The notes beneath the pieces are model-generated. The model saw only the letters and a list, made by a program, of their open reading frames with translations. It was not told where the DNA came from and ran no database searches. Both the position numbers and the translations under genes were made by a program. A DNA stretch of 64,000 nt, from positions 6,944,001 through 7,008,000 of the forward strand of contig OX597838.1 of NCBI GenBank assembly GCA_951406725.2, in the 5' to 3' direction. Shown here in pieces: positions 39,600 to 55,245 of this stretch (positions are counted from its first letter, which is position 1; every line of letters begins with the position of its first letter). Source of the DNA: Octopus vulgaris (Eukaryota).

Positions 39600-40462
39600 C
39601 TAGCGAAACACTGGGAACATAAAACACTGCCCTCAAATCTACTAGCCTTGTTCCTAAACTAGAAACCAATTTTCATCTTATTAATACTATCGCGTATTTT
39701 CTAGCTTTTGGGAGAAATTTCGCGAGTGTCTTGTGCCTCGTTAAAAACAGCTGCACGAGCTACTTTCCTGTGCCTAGTGGCTTTGGCAACGGATGTGGCA
39801 TCGTACATGAGATTGATTTCTCTAATTCCACTCAGAATCAAAAAGGAGGATGGAGGGTCACATGCTTTTTTGAAATTTATGAAATATTCGATGACGATAG
39901 AAAAAAATTAGAGTGGATGGAGATATTTTAAGAAGAGAATGTGTATCGAAGAACAACGTTTGTTAGAATATACGTACCAAGACGGAAATACTAGTCTTGA
40001 TTCTATGAATATATTCGATGCAGAAAGGCACAACTACACCAGGATCTCATACTACATGTATTCTTCTAATCCCTGTGCTATATGTAATGTGCATCTAATT
40101 TCTTCGATATGATTTCCTTAGTCACCTGATTTCATGTAAAAAAATATCGCGTATAGTAGCATATTTTTGATATGGACGTGCATCGCAAGGCACCGAAAAA
40201 GTGCGGAACCGAAAAAGATAAATCGTTATTTTGTTGATGGCAAAGTCGTTAGCGAGTTATATATATTCTCTACAATTTGCGGAGGACAATCAGAGATATG
40301 TAAATTTTATGCGTAATGATATGGTAATGAAATGATGACAAGATTTACAATCATAGAGATTGCTGTCGAGATTTAACTTGCGTAGGTTGAATATGTATAT
40401 GTATAAATGTCTATAAATGAATATATATATATATATATTGCTAGTTAGATAGATTGATCGAT

Positions 40463-40513
<51 letters not shown>

Positions 40514-40749
40514 TCATTAATAGTAGTTTGATTCGGTTCCAAGTAACGTACAATTTCGTGGGCTTTTCAAAACGAACTTACACCGACCACTTTAGCATGC
40601 CTATCTAGGATCGTTTATGGGCCCAACAAAATTCTAAATCCAAATCAAAAATTTTAATGAAAAGCACATGTAACTCCGCCATTCCCTTTCATTCTTCCAT
40701 TCACTTGTGTGTTAGCCACTATCCCCACCTTTTTTTAAGTTTCACTCTG

Positions 40750-40852
40750 TTTATTTCCGTGTTCTTTTCTGTTGAAGAGCGTAGGCTCGAAACGTAAAAA
40801 CATTCTCACTTCCCGAGTGTTAAACTAATACATCTCTTTGTTGTTTACATAC
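40750..40852 (+). mobile_element. Short interspersed repeat carrying a variant hammerhead motif (copy 2)
   Basis: tttt-CTGTTGA-A-GAGCgtagGCTC-GAAA-CG-TA-aaaa at 40765-40800. Confidence 0.6.
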
Positions 40853-42464
40853 CCACGAACTGTTGCAGAACAAGCAACGCAATGAGGAAACGAACCCCAT
40901 ATGACGTAGATGCTTGCAAAGCTAGACACACGGCCAGTCATACTGCTACAACACAAAATCTAATCAAAGAGAATAACACTCAATGGTTTAGACATAACTG
41001 GAGCGCTTTTGATCATAAATGAATTTCAACCGATCCAGTTTAGAAATTTATCAACAACTACAATATATTCTGCGACAAAAACAATAATGTCTGTTACGGT
41101 TTAGCGTTAGATTCCAGTGCCATAAACTTCGATTAAAAATGGTAATAATGAGAAGGAATTGAAAGAATGTTTATGGAAACAAGAATAGAATTTAAATCAC
41201 AGACACGGTTTTCTAAGAATTATGACCAGTCTGTAATACAAACATTTATTTAATTGTGCATTCATATTACAGCAAACTCCATTCAGATTAATTCAATTTA
41301 TTTATTGGCATTGCATATTTACGAATTACACAATATATCAATATATCAATACACACACACAGACACACGCCCCATATATATACATACACGCATAGATATA
41401 TACATACATTTGTTTATATATATATATAAAAGTGTGTATATATATTTGTAATACATATATATTTATACATACATATCTTTATATATATATGAGATTTTGT
41501 ATATATGTATATATGTATATATATGTATATATACATACACCATCGTATGGTTTTGCATATGTGCATATATATATATATATATATGAGTGTGTGTGTGTAT
41601 AATTTACATACAAACAAACATACATATGTATATATATAGATATATATATTCATATATGTATATCTACCGGGTATAAGGGTGTATATATATGTGTGTATGT
41701 GTATATGTGAATGTGCCTATAGATATGTATGTATACATGTATACACACACTCCACACACTCAGAGAGTAATAAACAACATGCTCACGCGATGTTGAAATT
41801 AACATACACTGAATACAACACACACACACACACACACATATATACACACCTATATACACACATATACATACGCATATGCACACCCAAAGACACACATATA
41901 TACACCCATATAAACATCCATGTACACACCCATATACAAACACAGAAACACACTTCCAGTCATTGTGAATCGCCATTTAATCATCTAAAAAGAAGAAAAA
42001 AAAAACACAAAAACAAAACAACAACAACAACAACAACAACAATAGGAAAACTACAAAAGCAAATAAAAGAAAGAGATGGCTTTCCTTCGCCTCCAATGTT
42101 TCCTTCCGCTCCTTCGCAGTAACATTTCTATCGTTTCTTTCGCGCAGTCAGTGATTTCTTTGCTGCAAAGCAAAATTTTACAAACTCATTAATTCTTATA
42201 GAGAAACATTGGTTTATGGATAATATGTATATTTAGTAATTTGTTTATGCTTTTATCTATTTGTTTATTCGTGTCTTTGTTTGTTTGTTTGTTTGTTCGT
42301 TTGTCTCTTTTGTCCCAGACTTTTGTAATGTATTTTGTTTCTGTATAAATCTGTGCTTTATACATTTTTAAATCTTAATCTGGAAATCTATGCAATAAGA
42401 GTAATGTTCTCGAACAAGACACAACTTAAAATCTGATATGCACATCACAAAACGTTCTTAGGCG

Positions 42465-42476
42465 TTAATAATGATG

Positions 42477-42522
<46 letters not shown>

Positions 42523-42746
42523 TAATAATAATAATAATAATAATAATGATAATTAATAATAATAATAATAATGATAATTAATAATGATAATAATAATGAT
42601 AATAATAATAAAGAAAGACAAAGATAATAATATGGAAAAGAATAAAAATGATGATAATTATGATGAAGGGGATAATGATGATGATTATTATGAAGACAAT
42701 AACAATAACAATAATAATCATAATTATAATAATAATAATAATAATG

Positions 42747-42799
<53 letters not shown>

Positions 42800-43095
42800 A
42801 AATTTAGTAAAGATGTTTGTAATTGTTACATTAATGCTAATTCCACAAGTAATGATAAATATAAGAATAATAATGGTACTAATAATATGAGTAATTGTCA
42901 GTGGAATAGCAGCAGCAGCAGCAGTAGTAGTAGCAGTAGTAGTAGTAGTAGTGGTGTTGGTGTTGGTGGTGGAAGTAGTGGTATTCGACGAGCGCGATTT
43001 CAAATTTTGGCTCAACAGCACCAATCATAAGGAGAATGAAGATAGTATTAATTATAAAATGTATTGAGAACAGCAATAATTTTATTACTACTACA

Positions 43096-43140
<45 letters not shown>

Positions 43141-43413
43141 GCTGCGACCACGGCGACAACTGCTGTTACTCCTATGACTAATATCACTAGTGCCCTTACT
43201 GCAGTCCTTACCACGATAACGATGATAATTACACCAATAATAACAGTAATAAAATCTGATATAATATAAATCGTTTTAAGGAGAAATTATTAACAGAAAA
43301 AAAAAGGATATTAATTAGAGTAATAATAATAATATTAATATCTAGAATACAAGTAAAGACGCTGAAGATAATCATCGTCAATATCCTGATTATTATTATT
43401 ATTACTATTCCCA

Positions 43414-43499
<86 letters not shown>

Positions 43500-43560
43500 G
43501 CCGTTGTTGTTATTATTATTATTATTATTATTATCATCGTTATAGTGATAAGGATGATAA
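42465..43560. repeat. (TAA)n/(TAG)n/(CTA)n/(TTG)n microsatellite cluster
   Basis: Direct reading. Confidence 0.9.
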
Positions 43561-43855
43561 TCACGCACGTTCATAAAGGGAATTTACATACAGACAGTTA
43601 AAAGGGGAAATAGAATTTAAAAATAAACAATAATAACAAATAATAGTGATTAACCATGTATTTCCTTGTGAATGGGCTTCAACACGCACATAGACACTTC
43701 AACAGATATACATACATACAGATGTATATATGCATATATATAAATACACACATATATATATTCTTATATACGTATATATACGTATATATATATATATATA
43801 TTCGTATATACACGTATATATACAAGTGTATATATATATACAAATATATAGGTAC

Positions 43856-43907
<52 letters not shown>

Positions 43908-43988
43908 CTATATATATAGATATATACAATTATATAGGTACATATACATATGTATATATACCTATTTATTTGTATGAATCTATATACA

Positions 43989-44085
<97 letters not shown>

Positions 44086-44375
44086 GTGTGTGTGTCTGTG
44101 TGTTTCTGTATATTATCGTGCGTGTGCGGCCTTTTATATTGGTGTAAAATTGATTTTATGAGTATATTCATATTTCCATCTAGGGATAAAATACAGGGAG
44201 AGAAGATATCTAAATTATTGCTAATTAGTGCAGACTTAATGCATTATAGCTCAATGAATCTCATTAATCTATACCCTTAAGCTCGAGAACATCCTATATA
44301 TACAAAAAGACATACATATACGTATGTATACGCATGTATATATATACGTATATTTTTATATATGTATATGTATAC

Positions 44376-44420
<45 letters not shown>

Positions 44421-44621
44421 TATGTGCATATATATATGCATATATATATACATATATACGCATTCATGCATGCAAATATTTAGATACACATGCATTTACA
44501 CTGAAATACGCACGCATACATACACACACATACATAAGTGTATGTATGTATACGCGACATCCCGTGGACATATATGTATTTCTGAATGTATGCAGGTACA
44601 TACGTTCGGACACGTGTTTCA

Positions 44622-44664
<43 letters not shown>

Positions 44665-44980
44665 TATATATACATCTGTGCGTGTGTGTGAGTGTCTATA
44701 TAAAGGCAGGCGGAGCGGTTTTGATACAAAGCTTTATTTGTCTATGCTTTTCAATTTCCAGATTTCATGCGATATTTCTGTTGTAACAACATATATTTGA
44801 ATTATGCATGCAGTCGTCCGTGTACAGAAGCAGCAATTAAGAGCGTGCACGCATATTTTCGTCTGCATACATCTACTTGCTCTTTCTCATGCGTGTATGT
44901 ATGTACGCACGCACTGTACCTGTGACCATTTGGTTCACTCGTTGAATGGTATCTGGGATAATTTTATGCCTGGAGATTTC

Positions 44981-45024
<44 letters not shown>

Positions 45025-45189
45025 ATATATGTATGTGTGTGTTTATGTATGTATGTTGTGTTATGTATGTATGTATATATATAATATATATATATATGAT
45101 ATATACATTTATATATATATACATGTATAAAATTGATAGATAGATATAGATATACCCATTTACACATGCATACATACATGCATACATAC

Positions 45190-45284
<95 letters not shown>

Positions 45285-45738
45285 TATGTACATACACTCT
45301 GCCTGTGAGTGTGTGTATGCGCCGCCGTGTGTTGCATGCGAATGTATGACATTGTGTGTCTGTGTGTGTGTGTGTGTACATTTGTATGTATGCTATGTTT
45401 CAGGATCTCCACTTATCAGACACCACACACCCCATAAAAACCGTATTTGTTACCCACAAATATATTACCAATTTACTACGAACATATGCAGAAAAACCAT
45501 GCAAAGAGAAGAGCCGTTTCCAGTGATATCCATGTAAGTTAATGTCGACTCATCAATTTACATATTTCGTGTTTAATTCTAATGAAATTTACACGCTTTT
45601 TCACATTCATTCGTCTTTGTCCTTGCGTATTCCCAACAGAATAATCCGGATATGTGGCGAAGCAATGAAATATAGAGAAATGAGTGCAGAAATACAATCA
45701 TTGTCCTTTTTAATATTTTCGCCATTGTTCTTCTTCTT

Positions 45739-45844
<106 letters not shown>

Positions 45845-45857
45845 TTATTATTATTAG

Positions 45858-46075
45858 AGGGCGATCTGGCAGTATCGTTAGCGCACGTAGCCTAACGCTT
45901 GGCGGCGTTTCGTCCGACTTTATTTTTTGAGCATAAACTCCGCTGAGGTCGACTTTGCATTTCATCCTTTTGATGTCGATATATTAAGTATCAGTGAAAC
46001 GCAAGGGTCGAAGTTATCAACTAGTCCCATCCCCCACAAAAAAAGTCAAGCCTTGTACCTTTAGTAAAAAGGATT
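45858..46075 (+). mobile_element. SINE family B
   Basis: ggcgatctggcagtatcgttag...gaggtcgactttgcatttcatcct. Confidence 0.85.
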
Positions 46076-46339
46076 GCTATTATTATTATTACTATTATAA
46101 TTATTATTTATGTGAAATTATCTTTGTAATCCGGACAAATAGGTAGTGGGATAACATTCAGTTTACGTTGAAAAGCCTTTGAGGTCATCTACCTCTTGCC
46201 TAAGCTTATCTTAGTCTATCAGTAGCACTTTGGCGAACCGCCAAGTTACCGGGTGGTAAAGTAATTAACACCTGCTGTCACGTGGAGATTCGGGACACAC
46301 AAAAGATACAAACACTCATACACATAGATATACGTGTCC

Positions 46340-46409
<70 letters not shown>

Positions 46410-46418
46410 TGTGTGTGT

Positions 46419-46544
46419 GAGAGAGAAAGTTGTAGCGAAAGAGTCAGCAGAAGTTCGCCATTACCGTCTATCGGAGACACTTGGAGCTTAGGTGTTTTAC
46501 TCACAAACACACACAATCGCCTGGTCTCAGATTCGATCCCGCGG
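46419..46544 (-). mobile_element. SINE family A fragment
   Basis: Reverse complement of 20978-21100. Confidence 0.8.
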
Positions 46545-46582
46545 ATATAAACCATGTAAAATCAGATGTCAGAGTATTATAG

Positions 46583-46895
46583 GGGAGCACTCCGTCGGTT
46601 ACGACGACAAGGGTCACAAATGATACGGAACAGCCTGCTCGTGAAATTAACGTGCAAGTGACTGAGTATTCCACAGACACGTGGACACTTAACGTAGTTC
46701 TCGGGGAGGTTGAGCGTGACAAATAGTGTGACATGTCTGTCACTTTGAAATACAAATACTACTCATTTTTGCCAGTTGGGTGGACACGAGCGACGTGAAA
46801 CACAGTGTCTAGCTCAAGGACAAAACGCGTCGTCGGGAATTGAAGTCACAACCTTACGAATATGAACCGAATACCCTAACCACTATGCCAGGCGA
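46583..46895 (-). mobile_element. SINE family D, full length
   Basis: Minus head cctggcatagtggttagggt, B-box-like acttcaattcc, and a tail homologous to 48620-48803. Confidence 0.8.
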
Positions 46896-47388
46896 CATTA
46901 CAGAGGAATACGACGAAATACCGAAATGAACTTCCCACTCATGCTCTCCTGGTTTTGGTACTATGGTTCCTATTTTAACAAAATAATATCTTATATTGGC
47001 ATCGGGCCACACAATTTGCTAAATGGAGGACATACAAGTCCAGAAATCATGAGACGCTAATGGGAAGCTGCTATGATTTGAATTCGAAACATACAAAGAC
47101 AAGATTAAACTTATTATTATTATCATTATCAATATTATTATTATTATTATTATTATAGTTATTATTATTTTTATTATTATTGTGGTTGTTATTGTTGTAT
47201 TTGTTGTTGTTGTTGTTGGTGATGGTGGTGGTGGTAGTGGCTCTGCTGCTGCTGCTGCTGTTGGTGCTGGTGCTGGTGTTGAAGATTTTGCTGTTCTTGA
47301 TCTTCATATAATTATTATTGCCATGATTATTATTCTTATCCTCATCATCCCCATCATCATCATCATCATCACTATTATTATTACTGTG

Positions 47389-47426
<38 letters not shown>

Positions 47427-47446
47427 ATTATTTTTATTTTTATTAT

Positions 47447-47481
<35 letters not shown>

Positions 47482-47484
47482 ATG

Positions 47485-47523
<39 letters not shown>

Positions 47524-47903
47524 TTATCATTCTCATTTGTTATGAATCATAATGATTTGGGTTTTATTAGACTGAGATACAAAATATTTGAGAAACAATG
47601 GAACAGAAAAATCAATATGGTATTGTTCAATATCATTGCCAGGAACATTAGGATTTAAATGAAGTGACTTGGCTTCAAACGATCAGAGACTTCGCTTCAG
47701 GAATCCGACTCTCTTGATTCCTTTCTCGATTACGAAGCAAATCTTTCATTTAACTACAACCGTATAGAATTTACTACCGTTTACCGTGTGTATGTGTGAA
47801 TGTGTGTACGTACGGATGCATGAATATTTCTCTCTCCCTCTCACCTTCCTTCTCCCTCACCGTCGTCATATATATATATCTATATATATATATATATATT
47901 TAC

Positions 47904-47967
<64 letters not shown>

Positions 47968-47969
<2 letters not shown>

Positions 47970-48125
47970 GTTTCTTTATTGGCCACAGAGGGCTGCACAC
48001 AGATGGGACATGTTACAAGGTAGAGCTTTTCTTTTGGGGCATGAAAAAAACAAAAAACAAAAGAAAAAAAGGGGTGGCGTAGATTTTCGATCAAGAGGGA
48101 TCGTAAAAGGGAAGAAACGAACAAA
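47968..48125 (-). mobile_element. Retroelement 3' end inserted in (TAGA)n
   Basis: Minus tail tgtcccatctgtgtgcagccctctgtggccaataaagaaac, flanked on both sides by TAGA repeats. Confidence 0.55.
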
Positions 48126-48165
48126 AAAAAAATAAAATAAAAAATAAAAAAAGATAGATAGATAA

Positions 48166-48226
<61 letters not shown>

Positions 48227-48494
48227 AAGACAGACAGAGAGGGAGAGAGGGAGAGAGAAAGTTGTGGACGTTGGTGGCTTAATGGCTTAGGCTGTTGCAC
48301 TCTTCATTTTAAGAATGTGGTTTCAATTCATGAACCGGTATTAGAGTTGGAGCAAATGACTTCGTTTCTTGCTGCTACAGTTCATTCGATCGGCATAAAC
48401 GAATAATCCTACGATGGAGGCGATACTATATACAATAGGTGCTACATAGTTTGGATAGAAGTTTCTCTTTACTATATATGTGTATTGAATTAGG

Positions 48495-48803
48495 AATGGT
48501 CGTAGGATCACGGGGCATTGTGAGTCCTTACTGAGCGAAAACACGTAACCCGGCAGGTTGTGTCAAATCCTACTGTATGATTTCACCTCAACTTTCACAC
48601 ACTCTTTCACCCTGCTTTTGTTGTACCTGTATTTCAAAGGGCCAGCATTATAACACTCTGTGTCACCCTTAATCTCCCCGAGAACTACGTTGAGCGTACA
48701 CGTGACTGTGGAGTGTTTAGCCACTTGCACGTTCATTTCACAAGCAGGCTGTTCCGTTGGTCATATCAACTGGAACCCTCGTCGACGCAACCGGTAGATT
48801 GCC
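48495..48803 (+). mobile_element. SINE with family A body and family D tail
   Basis: ggtcgtaggatc...tgagcgaaaacac, then tatttcaaag...ccccgagaactacgtt...gcaggctgttccgt. Confidence 0.75.
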
Positions 48804-48805
48804 TC

Positions 48806-48850
<45 letters not shown>

Positions 48851-49572
48851 CATTGTGCCAAATATTGAAATCGGTAATTATAGCTGTTGCATAATCGTCA
48901 AGTTTTATTTTAATTAAAATATTGATTTCTTAAATTTTAGTTTTCTTTCACACAAGGGATTTAGAGATGATGTTGATGTTGCTTTGAAGAAATCTCAAGT
49001 CTAATAACCCACCATTTCAAACAAAATTTTGTGGTCAACTGAATTATTAGTGCTAACACGAAGAACCATAAAATGATTACATTTCGCACATCGGATTTTC
49101 AACACATCTGCTTTCTTCACCTTTGAGTTCATGTGATGCGTGAGATTAGAAAACGGTTTAAAATACTATAACACTTTTGAATATTTTTATCACGAATCAA
49201 GTTAACAAGGAAACTTAAATTTGCCAGATTGCTATTTAAAAGTTATCTTTACTGATTAAATCAATACTGAGTCCAGAACAATGTATTAATGTATGTTAAT
49301 AGAATGGCGTAAAGTGTAACTCTACTAGAGTGCTTCTGCCATGGGCCGAGAATAACGAATAATTGGTGTTCCCTGTTTTATGTTAACGAGAAATTCATTA
49401 AAGATACCGCCATTGTAGAGCGTACTCGTACAGTGCTGCTTGCTGTAGGATGTTGGCCTCTTCAGTTAAAGACATAATATACCCCGAATTACAGTTGTAT
49501 ATACATATGTTTGTGTAACTTGATATATATTTATACACATATATATATATATACATACAGACAGATTTATAT

Positions 49573-49618
<46 letters not shown>

Positions 49619-49822
49619 GTGGGTTTGTGTGTATATGCATAAATCTATATATGCACACGCACATATATATATATATGTATGTGTATACAAATATATATAT
49701 ATATTTATGGATAAATACACATATATATATACGCACATATAAAAATATATAAATACACGAACTCATACACACATTGAGACGTCTATATACATACCGATTG
49801 ATATAATATAAACACACACACA

Positions 49823-49860
<38 letters not shown>

Positions 49861-50367
49861 TATAAATACATACTTACATACATATACGTATATGCGCATA
49901 CATTTATATATATACATGTATAAGTGAGTATGGAAATGTAGCTATACAATCTGAACTGAAACTCGCTTAACGGAACACAACCCCTCAGCGCACATCCGAA
50001 AACACACTAATCCCTAAATCTATTTATCCATAAACACAGGAACGCCCGTTGCCTTACACACATCTCTCTAAGGAGCAGTGTTACTTTACGATGTCCTACC
50101 TCCCGGTCGCCACCTAGGAATAAATATTTGCGTACATGCACACTCACATCCGTAAGCATGTATAAATCCTGTTCATATAAACATGCCAAAATATTTCCAT
50201 ATCTTGAGGTATTACCGAGATTAACGATCAAAAATATTCGAACGGATTAAATTGGATTAATAGTCGTATTATGTAGTAACAACTACAACTAAAATTGGTA
50301 ATTTCAGTATTATTATTATTGTTGTTATTTTTATTATTAATAACTACTACTACTGCTACTACTACTG

Positions 50368-50425
<58 letters not shown>

Positions 50426-50502
50426 CACTACTACTACTACTACAAATAATAATAATAATAATAATGATAATAATGATGATAATAATAATAATAATGATGA
50501 TG

Positions 50503-50556
<54 letters not shown>

Positions 50557-50854
50557 TTAAGAAGAAGATGAAGAAGAAGTGGAGGAGGAGGAGGAGGAAG
50601 AAGGAATCGATGCGAATGTTGCTGTTTATGTTACCAGCAATAACAACAACAACAACAACGATGATAATGTTATTATTGTTTTTATTGAATCAAAATTTGC
50701 ATGCTGCTTCCGGATATATGAATTGCCTAGATCTTTGATAGAAGCATACTGTTATATATATACACACAAACACACACACACATGCCTAAGTAAAACACAC
50801 ACAGACACACAGACACATGTACACCCAAACACACATGCACATACAGATATTCAA

Positions 50855-50886
<32 letters not shown>

Positions 50887-51490
50887 GACTGGATGAGTAT
50901 ATACACGTATAATATACGCCATATTGACATATACGTATCCACAGTTGCACATATACTGCTATATACTCACACACATATGCATGCATAAGTACAAACACAC
51001 ACACCCCAAACACACATGCACATACAGATATTCAAACACACACATATATATATATATGTGACTGGATGAGTATATACACGAATAATATACGCCATATTGA
51101 CATCTATATGGCGAACACACACACACACACACCCACACACATATTCACGTACAGTCATACACATACACACATAGTGAGTTACATAGATAAAAATGTAAAG
51201 ACCAAAAAGGGAGATAAAAAATATATCGTCTGACTCTTACAAAACTTTGTTGGATTTATGCGTACTCGGAACTGAATACTCGCGGAGCGCATCTTGGACT
51301 TTCCTCTACTCGGGTGCAATAACTCACGTACGAATGAAACGTTTGTTCACTCCATTACCTTTCGTCTCCAGCTTTCGCACATTGGTTTCTACCGCTGCGC
51401 AAATGTAGCCATTTGAGCAGCTAAAAGCATTTTGATGTTTCTGCCAAATGCGAAGTGACCGTCGGTTTGGCATAATGCGTCTATCTATCA

Positions 51491-51588
<98 letters not shown>

Positions 51589-51736
51589 ATATCTATCTAT
51601 CTATCTATCTATCTATCTAGCTAGCTAGCTAGCTACTTAGCTAACTATCTTTCTATCTCTCCTTCTCTCCTCTCTTTCTGTCTTTCTCTCTCCCTGTGTA
51701 TATACAATCGTATATATACATATAGATTTGTGTACA

Positions 51737-51775
<39 letters not shown>

Positions 51776-51861
51776 GTGTGTGTGTGCGCGTATATATACG
51801 ATATATATGCATATATATATATATATATGTATGTGTGTATGTATGTATATATAAATATACA

Positions 51862-51925
<64 letters not shown>

Positions 51926-52813
51926 CATATACATGCATAAATACATGTATATCGATGGAGAAGCCACGAAACGGTGCTTGTTGTGTTTGAAGAGCCCTGA
52001 AACCCTCTGGCATCCGGTATCCAATGCTTTTGATTCTTGGAACTAATACAACCAGGCAGTTTTCAATTTTCTGATGAAGACGCCGTTTACTTTATGTCGC
52101 AGAAATATACAAATACACGTTAATGTATATTGTGTTTGATATATAACGTTTTGTCTTTGTTTTGGCTGTTGAATTAGCAGTTGTCTCGAATAGGCCTCCT
52201 GACATTAGGTTTTTTTTTTTATCCATTGTTTTCTGATAATGAAATTTGTTGTATTTCCTATTTAAATTCTAATTGTTGAAATGGCGAAAAGTAGCGAACT
52301 TGCTAATGAGGTTGCTAGACATTGTTTGTAAAATACATCCTAGCGGCAGACTTGTTAAAACTGTGTGTTTACATCTGCTTGTTTTAGAAGCGTTATCAAC
52401 ATCAAATTGTATGACATTTCAATATATGTCTAAGTATGTAGGTAGGCAGGTGTCCATCGGTGTGTGTTTGTGCATGGTTGGCTAAGTGGCGGTGAGTGTA
52501 TGTGTCAGAAAATATGTTGTGTGTGTGTATTTACAGATGTATGAATGTATAAACAGTAAATATATACATATACATATATATATATACATATATATATATG
52601 CATATATATATAAATATTTAATGAGCTTAGGTGTCGCGAAACGCACGCGTATGTTTTGTATAGATATGTATACGCGCACATACATTTATACACATACACA
52701 TGTGTGTGTATGCATGCGAGTATGAGTGTATAAATATGTACACACTTATGTGTTCCTGTACGTAAGATTATATCTATGTGTACATGGCCATATATATAGA
52801 GACCGGTTCATAG

Positions 52814-52890
<77 letters not shown>

Positions 52891-52921
52891 TATGCATAAA
52901 TAAAATAGATAGATACATACA

Positions 52922-52952
<31 letters not shown>

Positions 52953-53183
52953 CGGTCTACGATTGATTCTGTAGTTTGTATAGCTTCATGTGCTGAATTC
53001 ATATGCTGAATTTCTCCGGAGAAATTCTTCTAGCATATTGGATGTCCACTTAGTGTCCATCTCTTATTATGCGCCTGTATAACGGATTTTTCTGAATTTT
53101 CAGATTTTTCTATATACTAGGCTACTGGTTTTAAATTGATGTTAATTATATTAATATTGAATTTATCACCCGCATTATTTAAA

Positions 53184-53264
<81 letters not shown>

Positions 53265-53400
53265 CATATATATACATATAAAAAGAGAGAGGGAGAGAAA
53301 GCTAGATACATACATACATACATATATATATATATATTTATATACATATATATATACGTGCATATATATAATATATATATATATACTTCTATACATATAC

Positions 53401-53522
<122 letters not shown>

Positions 53523-53608
53523 TATATATATATATATACATATGTATATATATGTAATAGAAGTATATATATATATGTATAATATATATCTGCACGTATA
53601 TATATATG

Positions 53609-53655
<47 letters not shown>

Positions 53656-54278
53656 GTATCTAGCTTTCTCTCCCTCTCTCTTATGTACTATAATTGCCAG
53701 AACCTAGATTACGTGATAATTATTGTGTCACCTATATCACTGTAATTTTACCCACATATATAATGATGTGCATATACGCACATATGTATGCACATGTGTA
53801 TACATACACACGAGCGTATAAATGCATCTACGTATGTATGTAGAATTACAGCTGTGTGCATGTCATGCAGAGATAAATGAGAAAATGCCACACGAAACCA
53901 TGTGACGGGGCGTTAGCCATTTGCAAAACCTTAATCACATTGAAATGAAAATGGCAGCCTGGCTGTCAGTTGAGAGGTCCGAAATGATTAGTAATTTTGT
54001 CTCTTAACTATGCTTGATGACAATTTATTTCAAAGAGCAAGGTCTCTTCTTTTATTTCAGACTTTTCAACCTATATCTCGAGATCTTTAAGCCTGGTGAT
54101 TACTGTTTCCACCTCGTCCTTGAGACCCGCTAGGTTTCGTGCTCATAAAGAAATCAACACCGGTTGTCAAGCAGTGTTGGAGGCCAAGTGCCAACACCGA
54201 TACTCACAGAGACACACACGTAAACACATATGGATGCACACACATACGCACACAGAAGGATACACAAACGTGTTTATG

Positions 54279-54366
<88 letters not shown>

Positions 54367-54533
54367 ATATAATAATTAGAAACATATATATGTTTTTATT
54401 ACTATTTGCAATTGACTTAATCAACGGAATAATATCGTTATTTTAATTTTAATATTTCTATTATATGTACTTTTCTAAATGGTGTAATTTAATTGTTCAT
54501 TTTGAAATTATAAAAAAAAGTTTTTTTCTAATT

Positions 54534-54613
<80 letters not shown>

Positions 54614-54787
54614 ATATACATAGTCGCACACGTATACACGAAAACATATTCATACACACATACAAATACTTAAGTATATCTGCCAGATTTTCTGTTGAGT
54701 TTATAGAGAACTCTTAAAGTTTTGGCTTTTCGCATGCAAATACGTGACTATAAATAACGAGATCAAGGGGACATAAACAGGTAAATG

Positions 54788-54834
54788 TTGTACATACATA
54801 TTTCGGGAGTTCATGCACCGTCTTCAGTGCCACA
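54788..54834 (-). ncRNA. Minimal type I hammerhead ribozyme motif
   Basis: Minus strand tgtggca-CTGAAGA-cgg...ccc-GAAA-TATG-TA-tgtaca. Core at 54821-54827; predicted cleavage after 54795. Confidence 0.45.
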
Positions 54835-55004
54835 TCTAACCAACTAAATTTCCACGAATACATTTTGTATATAGGCTGCAGAGATAAACTTAAAAATGAG
54901 ATGAGAACAACAGATCGTTAACGCAAAATGTAGGGCATATTATTAACTTATAAACCTGTCTTACACTTGGAGTATACAATGGTTTCTACGGTTGCAACAC
55001 AGAA

Positions 55005-55245
55005 TTTTCTTTCTTCTTTGACCCCCTTCGGTCATGAATGACCATGGGATTGCACCTAGAAAGTTACCCTCCTAGACACAAGTCCGGGCAAGGTTGTTTA
55101 TGGAAGATCAGTAGTCGCCCATGCATACCAGCCTCCCCTCTCCACGCCAGCAGTGTTATCCAAGGGAAAGCTTGGCACCAGTGACGTCGCAACTCATTTC
55201 TACAGTTGAGTGAACTGGAGCAACGTGAAATAAAGTGCCTTGCTC
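55005..55245 (-). mobile_element. SINE (family D-like body, different tail), 5'-truncated
   Basis: The body actcatttctacagttgagtgaactggagcaacgtgaaataaagtg is shared with 46761-46815. Confidence 0.7.

Noticed and set aside
52071-52110. CTGATGA hammerhead core
   Set aside because: No correctly placed GAAA and stem III.
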